Shown here piece after piece: positions 47,219 through 55,781 of a stretch of DNA of 64,000 nt (position 1 is its first letter; the number at the start of each line of letters is the position of its first letter). The stretch covers positions 15,932 to 79,931 of the forward strand of contig JADZFW010000084.1 of NCBI GenBank assembly GCA_020854235.1, read 5' to 3'. Both the position numbers and the translations under genes were made by a program. Below the pieces are notes generated by a model. It was not told where the DNA came from, did not search any database, and saw only the letters and a program-made list of their open reading frames with translations. The DNA comes from Flavobacteriaceae bacterium (lineage in GTDB: Bacteria > Bacteroidota > Bacteroidia > Flavobacteriales > Flavobacteriaceae).

Positions 47219-48925
47219 TTATTCAATCACCAATTTTTGAGTAGCTACTTTTCCGGCTTCTTCAACTTTCACAACATAGATACCTGATTTTAGGTTAAGA
47301 TTCAAGCTATTTCCTGACACCATTTCATTCACAACTTGTTTACCTAATAAGTCAAAAATTTGAACGTTTTTAGTTAGATTAGCAGTAGTAAAGATATTGA
47401 TAGTGTTATGAGTAGGATTTGGATATATTGAGAATCCTTCAATTTCGCTATCATTGATACTAGCAGAATCTGACGGAGTAACACTAGCCCAAGTGTTTCC
47501 AACTCTTATTTCGTCAACAACTAAAAATGGAGTTTCAGAATCAGAATCTTGTCTTAAGAATACTCTATCCAATGATGTTCTATCTGTCCCCAATGTTGCT
47601 ACTAATGTTTGAGTAGGTTCTGCACCTCCTAATTCAGTAGGATTTACCCACATTTTTGAGGTATTTGAAGCAAAATCATAAGAAATAACTACGAAAACAT
47701 TTTCATTTATAGCATAGGTTGAAGATGTAAACACATAATTGGTAGTACTTGTGCTTTTATCTAATCCTATTTTATAGTTGTCACCATCTTTAAGGGTCCA
47801 AACAGTTGATGCGAAATTAGTACTTGTTGAACCTAAACCGAAGAAATAACCACCAGCTGTATTAGTAGCTGCTGTCAAATCAGTAACTTTCATTATAAAA
47901 GAAGCATAAACTGTCCCAGCGTTTTGAAGTGCATAGGTTAATTGTGGATCAATTCCACCACCATTAAAAGAAATTGAATTTCCTGTAGATGCATTTAATC
48001 CGCTATAACTTAAATTTCCTGTGGCTACAGCAACTTCATCTCCAGTATTATAATTAACCCATCCACCTTGACCACCTAAATTTGTAGCTACAGTATAATT
48101 AAATGGTTCATAAATGGGTAATGTACCAACAGGTACGCAGGTGGGAGAAGTAATATTAGTGGTAAGATCACAATTGGTGCTGGTAATGTCCAAAGTTAAA
48201 TTAGTTCCTTCACTTATCCCTGTAATATTGATAGTTCCAGTAACTGCAGAAGTCGGATTGTCTCCTGAAACAGTTCCAGAACTTGGCGTAATTGTATAAG
48301 TTTCTGTTCCTCCTCCTGTAAATGCAACAGTAGCAGTATATGTATCTGTTCCGGTAGTTATAGCGTCACAAATGGCAGTAGTAGCACCTAACGCTAAATC
48401 GCAAGAAGAACCTGTTGTTTTAAAAAATGAAAAATCATCCCAATAAACTGTTCCTCCATTGTATGTTCTCACTTCAAAATTAAATTCATTTGCTGTGGCA
48501 GGTACTGTTAAATTTAGCGTATATTGGGTCCAATCTCCATTTGTAAAATAGGCATTATTAGGTCCTTGAAGAATCGCTGCATCGGTAACACCGTCCAATA
48601 CTCCATTATTTCCCCATTTTGACCAAATTCTAGCATCAGTTCCATCTCCAGAAGATTTGTACCAAAGACTAAGAGTTATGGCATCACCAGGAGTCAACCC
48701 TGTAACTTTTTGAACGATAGCACTTGTCACAGTAGGGGCTTGCATAGCTGAATAGGTTCCACCATGTATGATTGTGCTTTCTTGATTAACATTTAAAGCA
48801 GTAGTCCAACTGGTAGGAGCTGTTGCAGATGTCCAAGTTTCAAAATCTCCATTGAGCAATAATTCTTGCCCATAAGAAAATGAACTGGTAACAAGAATAA
48901 AAAATAAAAAGTAAAGTTTTTTCAT
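47219..48925 (-). CDS. T9SS-secreted protein with N-terminal jelly-roll (CBM-like) and LamG-like domains
   Basis: It has a signal peptide. The block ELLLNGDFETW...YWDDFSFF resembles a CBM4_9-type sandwich. There is a Thr/Gly-rich middle, and the LamG-like region ends VVDEIRVGNTW. The C-terminal FSIYPNP...GIYVVKV...QKLVIE looks like a T9SS CTD. Confidence 0.65.
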   Translation of the reverse strand: MKKLYFLFFILVTSSFSYGQELLLNGDFETWTSATAPTSWTTALNVNQESTIIHGGTYSAMQAPTVTSAIVQKVTGLTPGDAITLSLWYKSSGDGTDARIWSKWGNNGVLDGVTDAAILQGPNNAYFTNGDWTQYTLNLTVPATANEFNFEVRTYNGGTVYWDDFSFFKTTGSSCDLALGATTAICDAITTGTDTYTATVAFTGGGTETYTITPSSGTVSGDNPTSAVTGTINITGISEGTNLTLDITSTNCDLTTNITSPTCVPVGTLPIYEPFNYTVATNLGGQGGWVNYNTGDEVAVATGNLSYSGLNASTGNSISFNGGGIDPQLTYALQNAGTVYASFIMKVTDLTAATNTAGGYFFGLGSTSTNFASTVWTLKDGDNYKIGLDKSTSTTNYVFTSSTYAINENVFVVISYDFASNTSKMWVNPTELGGAEPTQTLVATLGTDRTSLDRVFLRQDSDSETPFLVVDEIRVGNTWASVTPSDSASINDSEIEGFSIYPNPTHNTINIFTTANLTKNVQIFDLLGKQVVNEMVSGNSLNLNLKSGIYVVKVEEAGKVATQKLVIE

Positions 48926-48966
48926 AATTAAGTATAATTAAATTTTTAAATTTTGTGTTAAGTCAG

Positions 48967-48974
48967 CAAAGATA
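48967..48974 (-). promoter_or_regulatory. Candidate -7 box for the T9SS cargo gene
   Basis: Plus-strand caaagata is tatctttg on the minus strand. It lies 42 nt upstream of the ATG at 48925. Confidence 0.35.
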
Positions 48975-49072
48975 ATATATTTAAAAAACATAAACTTGAA
49001 AAAATTGAATTTAACACAATATTTACCTGATAGATAAGTCATTCCATATTCCAATGTTAAATTTTACTCTTA

Positions 49073-49111
49073 TGTTACCAAATTGTTACCTATTTGTTAT
49101 TTATATGTAAA
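49073..49111 (+). promoter_or_regulatory. Four direct repeats TGTTAC/TGTTAC/TGTTAT/TGTAAA phased at exactly 11 bp
   Basis: Hexamers start at 49073, 49084, 49095 and 49106 with A/T-rich spacers. They lie immediately upstream of the -7 box at 49121. An extra TGTTAA at 49055 is out of phase. Confidence 0.45.
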
Positions 49112-49120
49112 TTATTGTTT

Positions 49121-49128
49121 TACTTTTG
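49121..49128 (+). promoter_or_regulatory. Candidate -7 box for the MORN-repeat gene
   Basis: The sequence tacttttg lies 75 nt upstream of the ATG at 49203. Confidence 0.4.
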
Positions 49129-49202
49129 TATAGTATTTATGGAAATAAATTAAAATCAATCCATTACATCCTTAAAAATAAACCTTTTAAATAGTTTAAA
49201 TC

Positions 49203-49556
49203 ATGAAAAATATAATCTTAAGTTTGGTCTTTTTATTTGTTTTTACAAATGTCATTAGCCAAGAAACAACTAAAGAGATAAAAAAAAGCAAAACTAGCAC
49301 AGAAATGACTTCCTATTACGACAATGGACAAGTTAAAACGCATGGATATTTCAATGCTGACAACCAATTAGAAGGTCATTGGGTCATGTATGATGAAGAT
49401 GGTATTGTGATGGTTCAAGGCGAATACGAAAATGGAATGAAAGTTGGTACCTGGTTGTTCTGGAATCAAGATTCATTAAAAGAAGTTGTATTCCAAGCCA
49501 ATAAGTTGGTTCAATACAATTTATGGACTAAATCAGACTATTTAGCTCAAAAATAA
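49203..49556 (+). CDS. Secreted MORN-variant repeat (YwqK-like) protein
   Basis: It has a signal peptide (LVFLFVFTNVISQ). Repeats of the form YYDNGQVKTHGYF, GHWVMYDEDG, GEYENGMKVGTW are present. Confidence 0.6.
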   Translation: MKNIILSLVFLFVFTNVISQETTKEIKKSKTSTEMTSYYDNGQVKTHGYFNADNQLEGHWVMYDEDGIVMVQGEYENGMKVGTWLFWNQDSLKEVVFQANKLVQYNLWTKSDYLAQK

Positions 49557-49572
49557 CACATTCTTTTGAAGC

Positions 49573-49611
49573 AAAAAACCTCAATTCTTGTATTAGAATT
49601 GAGGTTTTTTT
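49573..49611. terminator. Bidirectional rho-independent terminator
   Basis: Perfect 12-bp stem aacctcaattct/agaattgaggtt (49577-49588 and 49595-49606), with an A-run before and a T-run after. It sits between convergent genes. Confidence 0.8.
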
Positions 49612-49626
49612 GATTTTATTTCTCAG

Positions 49627-52446
49627 TTAAAACTTATAACTGTATGTTAACCCAAAACTAATACCATCTTTTCTCCTTGAAAAAATTTGATCTTTCGCTT
49701 CATAAGATTGGAATACGCTTGTTTTTTCTTCGTTTAAAATATTATTGAATTGAAGCTTGATAGCCGATTTAGCATCGTTTCCAAAACTTTTACTCAAATT
49801 GAAATTCAAACTATTGTAAGGCAAGGTATAAACATCTGGAATTACGCCTAAACCGACTATTTCCAATGTCTTTCCTTGTATATTGTAAGCCAAATTGAAA
49901 TCCCAGCCCTTTTCAGAGCTGTTATATCCCAAAACCACATTCAATAAATAAGGCGATTGTCCTTGAAGTGTACGGGTATCTTTCATCGTTTCTCCATCTC
50001 TCAAGTTGGCTAATTTGGATTCATACTCACCATTGGGACTTTTATCCATTTCCTGAACTGATTGTATGTAAGAAAAATTAATATTCAAATCCACGTTTTT
50101 AAGTTGATTGGCTATAAAATCAAAATTTTGTCTGAGTTCAATTTCTCCACCATAAACCATGGCTTCGCCAATGTTTCTATGTTGGGTATTCCCCGGTGCT
50201 GATGCACTGTAAAAGGTGAGCTCAATTGGGTTTTGAAAGGATTTGAAGAATCCACTCAACGCAATCAGTTCGCTATCACTGCTAAACCACTCATATCTAA
50301 CATCTGCATTTTGAATCAAAGAAGGAACTAAATCCAAATTTCCATTATAAGTCAAATTGGTCAAAGGATCATATATTTGAGCTATCGAAGTTTCCTTAAA
50401 TGATGGTCGAGCTGTTGCCATGTAATAGGACATTCTCAAATTGGATTTATCATTGAGTTTATAAATCAAGTTGGCAGATGGAAAAACGTCCAACTGATCC
50501 ATCGTTTTCTCATTGTCAAGCACTATGGTACCTTGATTGTTTTGTCCATCATAATACTGATCAAATTTTTCCAATCGAACCCCTAAAATAGCTTTTAATC
50601 TTTCATTCATATTGAATTCTTCAGAGACATAAGCTGCTATATTCGTATTAAAAGCTGTAAATGTATTGGTGGGTTCATAATTACCTTTTATATAGCTACC
50701 TTCTGATGCACCAACATTCCATAGATTTTCTTCAGCTAAAATAACATCTGCATCTCCACCAAAAGTTGTCCCAGATGAATTATAAATAGCAATAAAATAT
50801 TGGTCAACACTAAAATCTCTCGTTTTAAAAGTTGCTTTTGTACCAAATTTTAATTTGGATTCTTTTCCAAATAAGAGATGTTTACGGGTAAAGTCCACTT
50901 TGGCAACGGTATTTATCTCTGTCAAATTTCTCCAAATTCTACGAGGCGCGCCGGCACCACTGGGTGTAATTGCATATTGACCCGATGAAGTATATTCAAA
51001 TGGAGTATAACGCACATCCTTATCTTGAATACTGGAATAGGTTGGGGAAATAGTCCATTCTGTAATCCAACTGGCATCCGTATTGGTGTGTTTTCCTGAC
51101 AATTGCAAGTTGGAAATACTGCGTTGATTGTAATCCAAGTAATCGCTAAAAATTTCAATTGTATTAGAAAAATATTCGTATTTGTGTGCATAAGATGCGT
51201 TGGATTCTCCGTTTTGAATGTGAAGTAAATTCAAACTATACTTGCTTTTCTCTGTTTTATAACTCAACCCAAAAAGTCCATTCAACAAAACGCCTTTGGT
51301 ACCCAAATCACCGTTTTGAATGTTTTTGATATCCAATTCATAAACACTTCTATCAGAATTTTTCATGTAATTTCCTCTTTCAAAATTCTCATTAAATTCA
51401 GTGTAATTTTTATAACCTACTGAAAACAAGTATCCCAACTTACCATTTTTCACCTCTTTTTGATTGCCCATTGAAAAAGATAAAGAAAAATCGGGATTTG
51501 CATTTCCAGATTTTGATTTTAATTCAGGATCAAAAGATTTTGTAATTTCATACAAACGAGCATCTTGAGCGTAAGGACCGGGAATATCAGTATTTCTGCT
51601 GATCGGTAGTTTTCGTGAACCATCATCTAAACCTAAAAAATCAGTTGCAGTATGCTTATATTGTAAAAATTGATCGTTAAAGTGAACCGTTGGCTTATAG
51701 GATGTGCCTATAGAAAAAGTTGTCGTTTTGCTGGCAGGAAAGTCTTTAGTTATAATATTGACCATACCACCTGTAAAATCGGCATCCAAATCGGCTGTTG
51801 CAGATTTGACTACTTGAACTTGATCTAAAATGTTGGTTGGAAAAATGTCCATTTGCAAGGTATTTCTATCGGGATCTAATCCGGGAATATCGACACCGTT
51901 GAGAATCGTTTTGGTATAACGATCACCCAATCCTCGAACAAAAACATATTTATCTCCTTGTACAGATACACCGGGTATGCTTTTGACAGCTGCTGCCACA
52001 TTACCTGCACTGGTTTTATTCAATCCTTCTGCAGAAATACCATTCATTACATTTACCGATTGACGTTGTGCTTTGATTAACGAAGCTTCTGAATTTCGGG
52101 CAACATTGGCTGTTAATATCACTTCTTGCAATTGATTTGATTCAGGCAAAAGCGTTACATTGAGTTCTTGAGTTTGATTGGCTGTAACCATCACATCCGT
52201 AATCTCCATGTTTTGATATCCTAAAAAAGAAAACACCAAAGTATAGGTTCCCGGTGCAATAGTTAGATCGTATGCACCTTCAAAATCACTTGTAGCTCCC
52301 TTTTCTGTACCTTTAACTACAACATTGGCAAATGGCAATACATCATTGAACTCCCCATCTTTGATAACACCGGAAATTTTTCCGTTTTGAGCATTTGAAA
52401 AAAATGACAAAAGGAATAATGCACTAAAAATAATAGTTTTAAACAT
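49627..52446 (-). CDS. TonB-dependent outer-membrane receptor with N-terminal carboxypeptidase-regulatory-like domain
   Basis: It has a signal peptide and a CarbopepD_reg-like start (GKISGVIKDGEFNDVLPFANVVVKGT). The plug region shows IPGVSVQGDKYVFVRGLGDRYTKTILNG. The long barrel ends LTYSYKF. Confidence 0.9.
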   Translation of the reverse strand: MFKTIIFSALFLLSFFSNAQNGKISGVIKDGEFNDVLPFANVVVKGTEKGATSDFEGAYDLTIAPGTYTLVFSFLGYQNMEITDVMVTANQTQELNVTLLPESNQLQEVILTANVARNSEASLIKAQRQSVNVMNGISAEGLNKTSAGNVAAAVKSIPGVSVQGDKYVFVRGLGDRYTKTILNGVDIPGLDPDRNTLQMDIFPTNILDQVQVVKSATADLDADFTGGMVNIITKDFPASKTTTFSIGTSYKPTVHFNDQFLQYKHTATDFLGLDDGSRKLPISRNTDIPGPYAQDARLYEITKSFDPELKSKSGNANPDFSLSFSMGNQKEVKNGKLGYLFSVGYKNYTEFNENFERGNYMKNSDRSVYELDIKNIQNGDLGTKGVLLNGLFGLSYKTEKSKYSLNLLHIQNGESNASYAHKYEYFSNTIEIFSDYLDYNQRSISNLQLSGKHTNTDASWITEWTISPTYSSIQDKDVRYTPFEYTSSGQYAITPSGAGAPRRIWRNLTEINTVAKVDFTRKHLLFGKESKLKFGTKATFKTRDFSVDQYFIAIYNSSGTTFGGDADVILAEENLWNVGASEGSYIKGNYEPTNTFTAFNTNIAAYVSEEFNMNERLKAILGVRLEKFDQYYDGQNNQGTIVLDNEKTMDQLDVFPSANLIYKLNDKSNLRMSYYMATARPSFKETSIAQIYDPLTNLTYNGNLDLVPSLIQNADVRYEWFSSDSELIALSGFFKSFQNPIELTFYSASAPGNTQHRNIGEAMVYGGEIELRQNFDFIANQLKNVDLNINFSYIQSVQEMDKSPNGEYESKLANLRDGETMKDTRTLQGQSPYLLNVVLGYNSSEKGWDFNLAYNIQGKTLEIVGLGVIPDVYTLPYNSLNFNLSKSFGNDAKSAIKLQFNNILNEEKTSVFQSYEAKDQIFSRRKDGISFGLTYSYKF

Positions 52447-52475
52447 CTGAAAAATAGTAAAATAATTATAACAAT

Positions 52476-52503
52476 AATTGCCCGCCTAAAAAAGCGAGCA
52501 ATT
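52476..52503 (-). terminator. Imperfect hairpin between the lipoprotein and receptor genes (attenuator or weak terminator)
   Basis: Stem aattgcccgc/gcgagcaatt with one mismatch and an 8-nt loop. Only a modest U-rich tract follows on the minus strand. Confidence 0.3.
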
Positions 52504-52526
52504 AAAGTGTTTAAATGGAATCTAAA

Positions 52527-53726
52527 TTAAAAAGCTGATTTTGATTTCGCATAAGTCCAATTGAATGCAGTAGCATCTGCACCTGTAGATGGTGTAACAA
52601 CCGAACTAAAAGCAATATCTGTTGCAAAAGTTGCGTTGAATGAATTGGATAATGTACTTGCCAAGGTAGCTCCTGAGGCAAGCGTCAATTGCCAATTGAT
52701 AAAATCGAGGTTTCCAGCTACAAAGTTATCAGAAGATACAACATCAGAAATCTTGATAGTTGAAGTTGCAGACCAACCATAGGCATATACATTCTTAGTA
52801 ATTCCATAAGCTTTGGATTTGTATTCTGCAATTTTAGATGCACTAGAATTTCCTTTTAAAGTTAATTTATCAATCGTAAATCCTCTTTCCAAAGATCCTT
52901 CTCTACCATCAATTTCCAAACCACTTTGAGAAGTTGTTCCTTGAATAACCATAGCATTGGTAATGGATCCTGAATATGCTTGATCAATATCCAAACCATC
53001 ATCACCTACCGACCATACTAAGGCATTAGTCACGCTAACGGTTCCTCCAAAAAATTCAATCCCATCATCATAGTTTGCAACTACTTCAATATTTTGAATT
53101 ACTGTTCCACTACCAACACATCCTAAGGTCAAACCGTTTATTTCATTTCCTTCTCCGATTTCGGCACCACCATGACGGATAGAAACATATTTCAAAGAAC
53201 CTGAATTATCGGCATCATCCGTTCCTCCATAGAGTCCGAATGTGTCACTTGCAGGAATTCCTTCGATATTATATTCAGAAACATCGCCAACAAACGACCC
53301 TTTTGCTTTACCCATAATCAACAAACCGCCCCAAAGACCGTTATCAGCAGCTGAAAGATTTGTACCAGCTGTTTGTCCCACTGCGATATTATCGTTAATT
53401 GAAGTAAAAATGATGGGTTGGCTAGCTGTCCCTTCTGCCATAATTTTGCCACCTCTAGCAATTACTAAAGCAGATGCCAAAGATCCTTGACCTTCACTAC
53501 CTTTAATGATAGTTCCTGCTTCAATAGTTAAAGTTACGCCACTTTTAACAACAACTTTTTGATTAAGTACCCATATACGATCATTGGTCCAAGTTGTATT
53601 GACTGTAATTTCACCTGTTATAGATTGTGGATCTGGTGTTTCTGGTGTATTTTCTCCACCTCCACATGAGGTAAACAATAAACTTAATGACATAGCTGTA
53701 AATAGTGATAAAAATAGATTTTTCAT
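52527..53726 (-). CDS. Lipoprotein with predicted parallel beta-helix-like repeats, partner of the downstream TonB receptor
   Basis: I prefer the ATG at 53726, which gives MKNLFLSLFTAMSLSLLFTSCGG (a lipobox). Repetitive G/T/I/V-rich turns are present: GVTLTIEAGTIIKGS, GGKIMAEGT, NIEVVANYDDGIEFFGGTVSVTNALVWSVGDDGLDID. Confidence 0.55.
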   Translation of the reverse strand: MKNLFLSLFTAMSLSLLFTSCGGGENTPETPDPQSITGEITVNTTWTNDRIWVLNQKVVVKSGVTLTIEAGTIIKGSEGQGSLASALVIARGGKIMAEGTASQPIIFTSINDNIAVGQTAGTNLSAADNGLWGGLLIMGKAKGSFVGDVSEYNIEGIPASDTFGLYGGTDDADNSGSLKYVSIRHGGAEIGEGNEINGLTLGCVGSGTVIQNIEVVANYDDGIEFFGGTVSVTNALVWSVGDDGLDIDQAYSGSITNAMVIQGTTSQSGLEIDGREGSLERGFTIDKLTLKGNSSASKIAEYKSKAYGITKNVYAYGWSATSTIKISDVVSSDNFVAGNLDFINWQLTLASGATLASTLSNSFNATFATDIAFSSVVTPSTGADATAFNWTYAKSKSAF

Positions 53727-53758
53727 TTTGAATAAAATTTGATTAAAATAATTTGAAG

Positions 53759-53766
53759 CAAATGTA
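53759..53766 (-). promoter_or_regulatory. Candidate -7 box for the lipoprotein/TonB receptor operon
   Basis: Plus-strand caaatgta is tacatttg on the minus strand. It lies 33 nt upstream of the ATG at 53726. Confidence 0.4.
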
Positions 53767-53830
53767 GATTCATTCATAAGCCGACATGTTAAGTCAAGTT
53801 TATGTGATTGCTACTTTTTCAAAAACTATA

Positions 53831-53847
53831 TGTTATCAATTTGTAAA
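53831..53847. promoter_or_regulatory. TGTTAT-N5-TGTAAA direct repeat (same pair as at 49095-49111)
   Basis: The sequence is tgttatcaatttgtaaa, with hexamers at 53831 and 53842 (11-bp spacing). It lies in the divergent intergenic region. Confidence 0.3.
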
Positions 53848-53928
53848 TACAAATCCATCAAATACAAAATTTTTAACTCAAAAAGAGCCAATTTATAGGT
53901 TATAAGCATGATTAACTCAAAATTTCAA

Positions 53929-53945
53929 TGTTAATTTATTGTTAC
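53929..53945 (+). promoter_or_regulatory. Pho-box-like direct repeat TGTTAA-N5-TGTTAC upstream of the two-component operon
   Basis: The sequence is tgttaatttattgttac, with hexamers at 53929 and 53940 (11-bp spacing and an A/T spacer). It lies 33-44 nt upstream of the -7 box at 53973. Confidence 0.45.
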
Positions 53946-53972
53946 CCATTGCGTTCGTTGTCAAAGTTTACT

Positions 53973-53980
53973 TAATTTTG
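53973..53980 (+). promoter_or_regulatory. Candidate -7 box for the response regulator/kinase operon
   Basis: The sequence taattttg lies 23 nt upstream of the ATG at 54003. Confidence 0.45.
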
Positions 53981-54002
53981 GGGAATAAATAATCAGATCT
54001 CC

Positions 54003-54692
54003 ATGAAGAAAAAAGATATCAAAATATTATTGGTAGACGACGAACCGGATATTTTGGAAATCGTGGGTTATAATTTATCCAATGAAGGATATACTCTAGA
54101 AACAGCCAATAATGGAGTTGAAGCACTTGTTAAAGCGCGCAACTTTTTACCTCATCTCATTCTATTGGATATCATGATGCCAGAAATGGATGGCATCGAA
54201 ACATGTGAAAAATTACGAGATTTGGATACTTTTAAAGATACCATTATAGTGTTTTTCACCGCTAGAAGTGAAGAGTTTTCTCAATCAGCCGGTTTTGATG
54301 CCGGTGCCGATGATTATATTACCAAACCTATTAAACCCAAACTTCTAATTAAAAAAGTCAAAGCTTTAACAAGAAGGTTGAGAGACATAGAAGATTCAGA
54401 AAAAGTTCAAAATATTGGTACTTTAATGGTGGATAGTGGATCATATACCGTTACTGTTAATGATAAAATAATTGCCTTACCCAAAAAAGAATTTGAATTA
54501 CTTACATTGCTCATCAGCAGCCCTGGAAATGTATTTAAACGAGATGAAATACTGAACAAAGTATGGAGTAATGTTGTAGTGGGAGATCGCACCATTGATG
54601 TGCACATCAGAAAGTTGAGAAAAAAAATCGGAGATCAATATTTTAAAACTATTAAGGGAGTAGGTTATAAGTTTGTCATTGACAAAGCATAA
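54003..54692 (+). CDS. OmpR/PhoB-family response regulator (PhoB-like)
   Basis: The receiver domain shows ILLVDDEPDILE, LILLDIMMPEMDG and ADDYITKP. The winged helix shows VWSNVVVGDRTIDVHIRKLRKKI and GVGYKF, which resembles E. coli PhoB [24 protein letters not shown] as I recall it. Confidence 0.85.
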   Translation: MKKKDIKILLVDDEPDILEIVGYNLSNEGYTLETANNGVEALVKARNFLPHLILLDIMMPEMDGIETCEKLRDLDTFKDTIIVFFTARSEEFSQSAGFDAGADDYITKPIKPKLLIKKVKALTRRLRDIEDSEKVQNIGTLMVDSGSYTVTVNDKIIALPKKEFELLTLLISSPGNVFKRDEILNKVWSNVVVGDRTIDVHIRKLRKKIGDQYFKTIKGVGYKFVIDKA

Positions 54693-54727
54693 TCGTATTT
54701 TTGTAATCTTCCTTAGATAATCTATAC

Positions 54728-55774
54728 ATGAAGATTAAAAAATCATACTCTTTTGCCCTCAAGACCTCTGCTCAATTGGTAGCTTTGGCTATTATCATTG
54801 GATTCATTTATCGCTATTTCTTTAATCCCAAACTTTCTTTCTCATTTTTACTTATCAGCATATTTGTATTATTTGTACTTGCATTCTTATTGATTCAACA
54901 CAGAATTGAAAAATTTATTTATCAAAGGGTTAAAAAAATATATCAGGATGTTTCTCTATTAGATATAAAAGATTTGAAAAACACTCCAATTACTTCCGAT
55001 ATGGAAACACTTTCCAAAGAAGTAAGCAAATTTGCTCATGAAAAAATAACTGAAATAGAATCCCTAAATGAACAAGCAAAATACAGACGCGAATTTATGG
55101 GGAATGTAGCTCACGAACTCAAAACGCCTTTATTTTCTATTCAAGGTTATCTTTTGACGCTTCTGGATGGAGCCATTAAAGATAAAAAGGTAAGAGATAA
55201 ATATCTCAAACAAGCTGCAAAAAATGTAGATAGATTGGTAAATATCGTAGAAGATCTTGACTTTATTTCCAAACTAGACGCCAAAAGAATTCTATTAAAT
55301 ATTCAAGAATTTGATATTGTTGCTTTGACTAAAAATGTCTTTGAAATGATGGAAATCAATGCTCAGAAAAATGATGTTAAATTGACATTTGATAAGTCTT
55401 ATTATCCGATATTGGTATATGCAGACAAGCAACGCATTGAGCAAGTATTGGAAAATTTAATTACCAATGCCATCAAATATGGTAAGAAAAAAGGGATTTG
55501 TATTGTCAAATTTGAAGTGCTTGACAATTATAAAATTGAAGTATGTGTACAAGATGAAGGCGATGGCATAGCTCCCGAACATTTACCTAGAATTTTTGAA
55601 CGCTTTTATAGGGTTGACACCAGTCGTTCGCGCGAAGAAGGTGGTTCTGGATTAGGCCTTTCCATTGTAAAACACATCGTAGAAGCACACAAAGAACACA
55701 TCTCAGTGATTAGCGAAAAAGGTAAGGGTTCCAAATTTTGCTTTACATTGGAATCCAATTTGCTACAGAAATAA
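54728..55774 (+). CDS. Sensor histidine kinase (PhoR-like, two TM helices with a minimal external loop)
   Basis: Two closely spaced TM helices lie at the N-terminus. The H-box is FMGNVAHELKTPLFSIQGYL, the N-box LITNAIKYG, G1 DEGDGI and G2 GGSGLGLSIV. Confidence 0.85.
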   Translation: MKIKKSYSFALKTSAQLVALAIIIGFIYRYFFNPKLSFSFLLISIFVLFVLAFLLIQHRIEKFIYQRVKKIYQDVSLLDIKDLKNTPITSDMETLSKEVSKFAHEKITEIESLNEQAKYRREFMGNVAHELKTPLFSIQGYLLTLLDGAIKDKKVRDKYLKQAAKNVDRLVNIVEDLDFISKLDAKRILLNIQEFDIVALTKNVFEMMEINAQKNDVKLTFDKSYYPILVYADKQRIEQVLENLITNAIKYGKKKGICIVKFEVLDNYKIEVCVQDEGDGIAPEHLPRIFERFYRVDTSRSREEGGSGLGLSIVKHIVEAHKEHISVISEKGKGSKFCFTLESNLLQK

Positions 55775-55781
55775 AAAACAA

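Noticed and set aside
49203-49556. A toxin-antitoxin or immunity system, based on the YwqK 'antitoxin' family name
   Set aside because: The protein has a clear signal peptide, no adjacent toxin or deaminase gene exists, and MORN-variant repeats are generic binding modules.
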